The translations under genes and the position numbers were made by a program. A stretch of 55,532 nt of DNA from a virus. Taxonomy: Duplodnaviria > Caudoviricetes. Location: positions 1 through 55,532 of the IMG/VR virus record IMGVR_UViG_3300014153_000001; one strand, given 5' to 3'. Position 1 is the stretch's first letter. Each line of letters begins with the position of its first letter. The notes beneath the pieces are model-generated. The model worked only from the letters and a program-made list of their open reading frames with translations, did no database searches and was not told the DNA's origin. This document shows, in pieces, positions 54,254-55,532 of the stretch.

Positions 54254-55394
54254 TGTCCGGCCGGCCCCTCGACGGTACAAGCGCGGACTCCACCGCTTCG
54301 ACCCGGTCAAGCATGCTCGATTCAAGACCGCTGCCCACTACGGGTTCACTTTCCCGGCCGCCACCTTCCCGGTGGACCGGACGGGTGGGCTCGTGCCGGC
54401 GCAGCTCCCCGGGTCCAACCTGGGGATGGGAGGGAACGGGCCCGACCCGACCGCCAGCGGCGTTTTCGCCGAGTTCGCCGCCGAGGGGGTAGGCGACTGC
54501 GGTCCCAACGGGCATCCCAAGAACTCCGGCATCATCACCGCCGCCATCTGTGGCGAGTCGGTGGCTGCCAACACGCTCACCACCGACCAGATCCTGGCTC
54601 TCTACTTCATCTATTCGGCACAACAGGCCGGGACGACGTGGAACCCGTCTATGGGACCCCCGAACCCCGATTGGGACCAGGGGGTGGACCTGGGCGACTG
54701 GCTTCTCTGGTGTCTCACGCACGTCGAGAACGGCAACGAGGTGGCAGCGGGCGAAGGGTTGATCCAGGGGTTCGTGGCCGGCGACCTGTCCGTTGCCGAA
54801 ATCGCCGGGGCCCTACAAGTCGGTTTCGCCGTCATCGGCGGTTGGATGCTGACCAACGACGTCGAAACGTGCTTCGAGAACGGGACCCAAGCGTCAGCTG
54901 GCCCGAGCAACCCGCCCAACCCTGACGACGGGCACTGTTTCGACATCGTGGCCCTGAAGGACGAGGCGGGCGACGGGACTGGCGCCACCTGGGGCGGCTG
55001 GCTGCTCTTCGCCGGTTCGTTCTTGAGCGATTGTCTTCAGCAGGTCTTCTACGTCTACACGCGCCAGCAGGCCGAGGACGCCGGGTTCCCGAACGCGCAG
55101 GTGATCGCCGACCTGAAGGCTCTCGGCGGCACCGTCGTGACCCCTCCGGCTCCGGGGCCGGTGACTCCTCCTCCGCCCGCACCGGCTCCGGTGCCGGTCA
55201 ATCCCCCGACTCCAGTAACTCCTCCAGCTCCGGTCACCCCGCCGCCGACCCCCAACGGGCCGCCCGTGCCGCCTCACGAGATGCCGCCGTGGTTCCACCG
55301 GTGGTGGGAGGACGTCGTGCAGTGGATCGAATCGAAGTTCGGCTCGGACGTCGCTCAAGAGGTCGAGAACGTCGCCGAGGAGCTCGAGACCTGA
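54246..55394 (+). CDS. papain-like cysteine peptidase with Pro-rich tail
   Basis: GGAGG SD; GDCG, DQGVDL, GHC..IV, TWG; PVTPP repeats. Confidence 0.6.
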   Translation: MTDVRPAPRRYKRGLHRFDPVKHARFKTAAHYGFTFPAATFPVDRTGGLVPAQLPGSNLGMGGNGPDPTASGVFAEFAAEGVGDCGPNGHPKNSGIITAAICGESVAANTLTTDQILALYFIYSAQQAGTTWNPSMGPPNPDWDQGVDLGDWLLWCLTHVENGNEVAAGEGLIQGFVAGDLSVAEIAGALQVGFAVIGGWMLTNDVETCFENGTQASAGPSNPPNPDDGHCFDIVALKDEAGDGTGATWGGWLLFAGSFLSDCLQQVFYVYTRQQAEDAGFPNAQVIADLKALGGTVVTPPAPGPVTPPPPAPAPVPVNPPTPVTPPAPVTPPPTPNGPPVPPHEMPPWFHRWWEDVVQWIESKFGSDVAQEVENVAEELET

Positions 55395-55417
55395 AAGCCC
55401 TCGTCCCCCTGGCGGGC

Positions 55418-55532
55418 GTGCGGCTTTACGGGCCGGGTGAGACCTGCACCACATCCATCGCCGGCGATCTCGTTCTCGTCCATCACGACGGGTTCATGCC
55501 TGCCATGATCCGAGGCTTCGAGCGGCTACGGC
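55418..55532 (+). CDS. partial gene, permuted papain/NlpC-P60 (YiiX-like) N-terminus
   Basis: MRLYGPGE...AGDLVLVHHDGFMPAMIRGFERLR, open to the window edge. Confidence 0.45.
   Translation, partial: MRLYGPGETCTTSIAGDLVLVHHDGFMPAMIRGFERLR

Noticed and set aside
55393-55420. Twelfth late element (GAAAGC...CCCCCT-N7-GTG)
   Set aside because: Distance fits but both CTAGC and the hexamer A are missing

Overview
This window is an almost complete high-GC temperate siphophage or prophage. An actinobacterial host is inferred from whiB, the many leaderless starts and the gene families. From left to right it holds: a repressor/Cro switch with three operators; early recombination and replication genes (PD-(D/E)xK exonuclease, Gp3/RDF-like protein, ParB, DnaB-N/AAA helicase, a repeat-rich putative origin, two VRR-NUC genes, WhiB); HNH-terS-terL; a ParB + ABC-ATPase/GNAT pair facing an ArdC/ASCH operon; portal; fibre-like genes; protease; two HK97-type capsid genes; an EndoVII-type endonuclease; neck, tail, tape measure and tail-tip genes; and a lysis/membrane cluster. 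No integrase, att site, tRNA, rRNA or CRISPR array is recognisable. The strongest unexplained signal is a fixed-geometry element, (T)CTAGC-N7-(C/G)AnnnT-N6/7-(A/G)TG. It occurs 11 times, only in the late region, and looks like a phage-specific leaderless late promoter; three copies start tiny leader ORFs. Other oddities are a whiB whose ATG seems displaced by an inserted gene, a glycoside hydrolase split by inserted domains in the tail tip, a domain shared by three virion proteins, a recoded capsid 3' end beside the endonuclease, and a conserved gene split by a foreign HNH-like gene. All product calls come from motif recognition by eye; no database searches were run.
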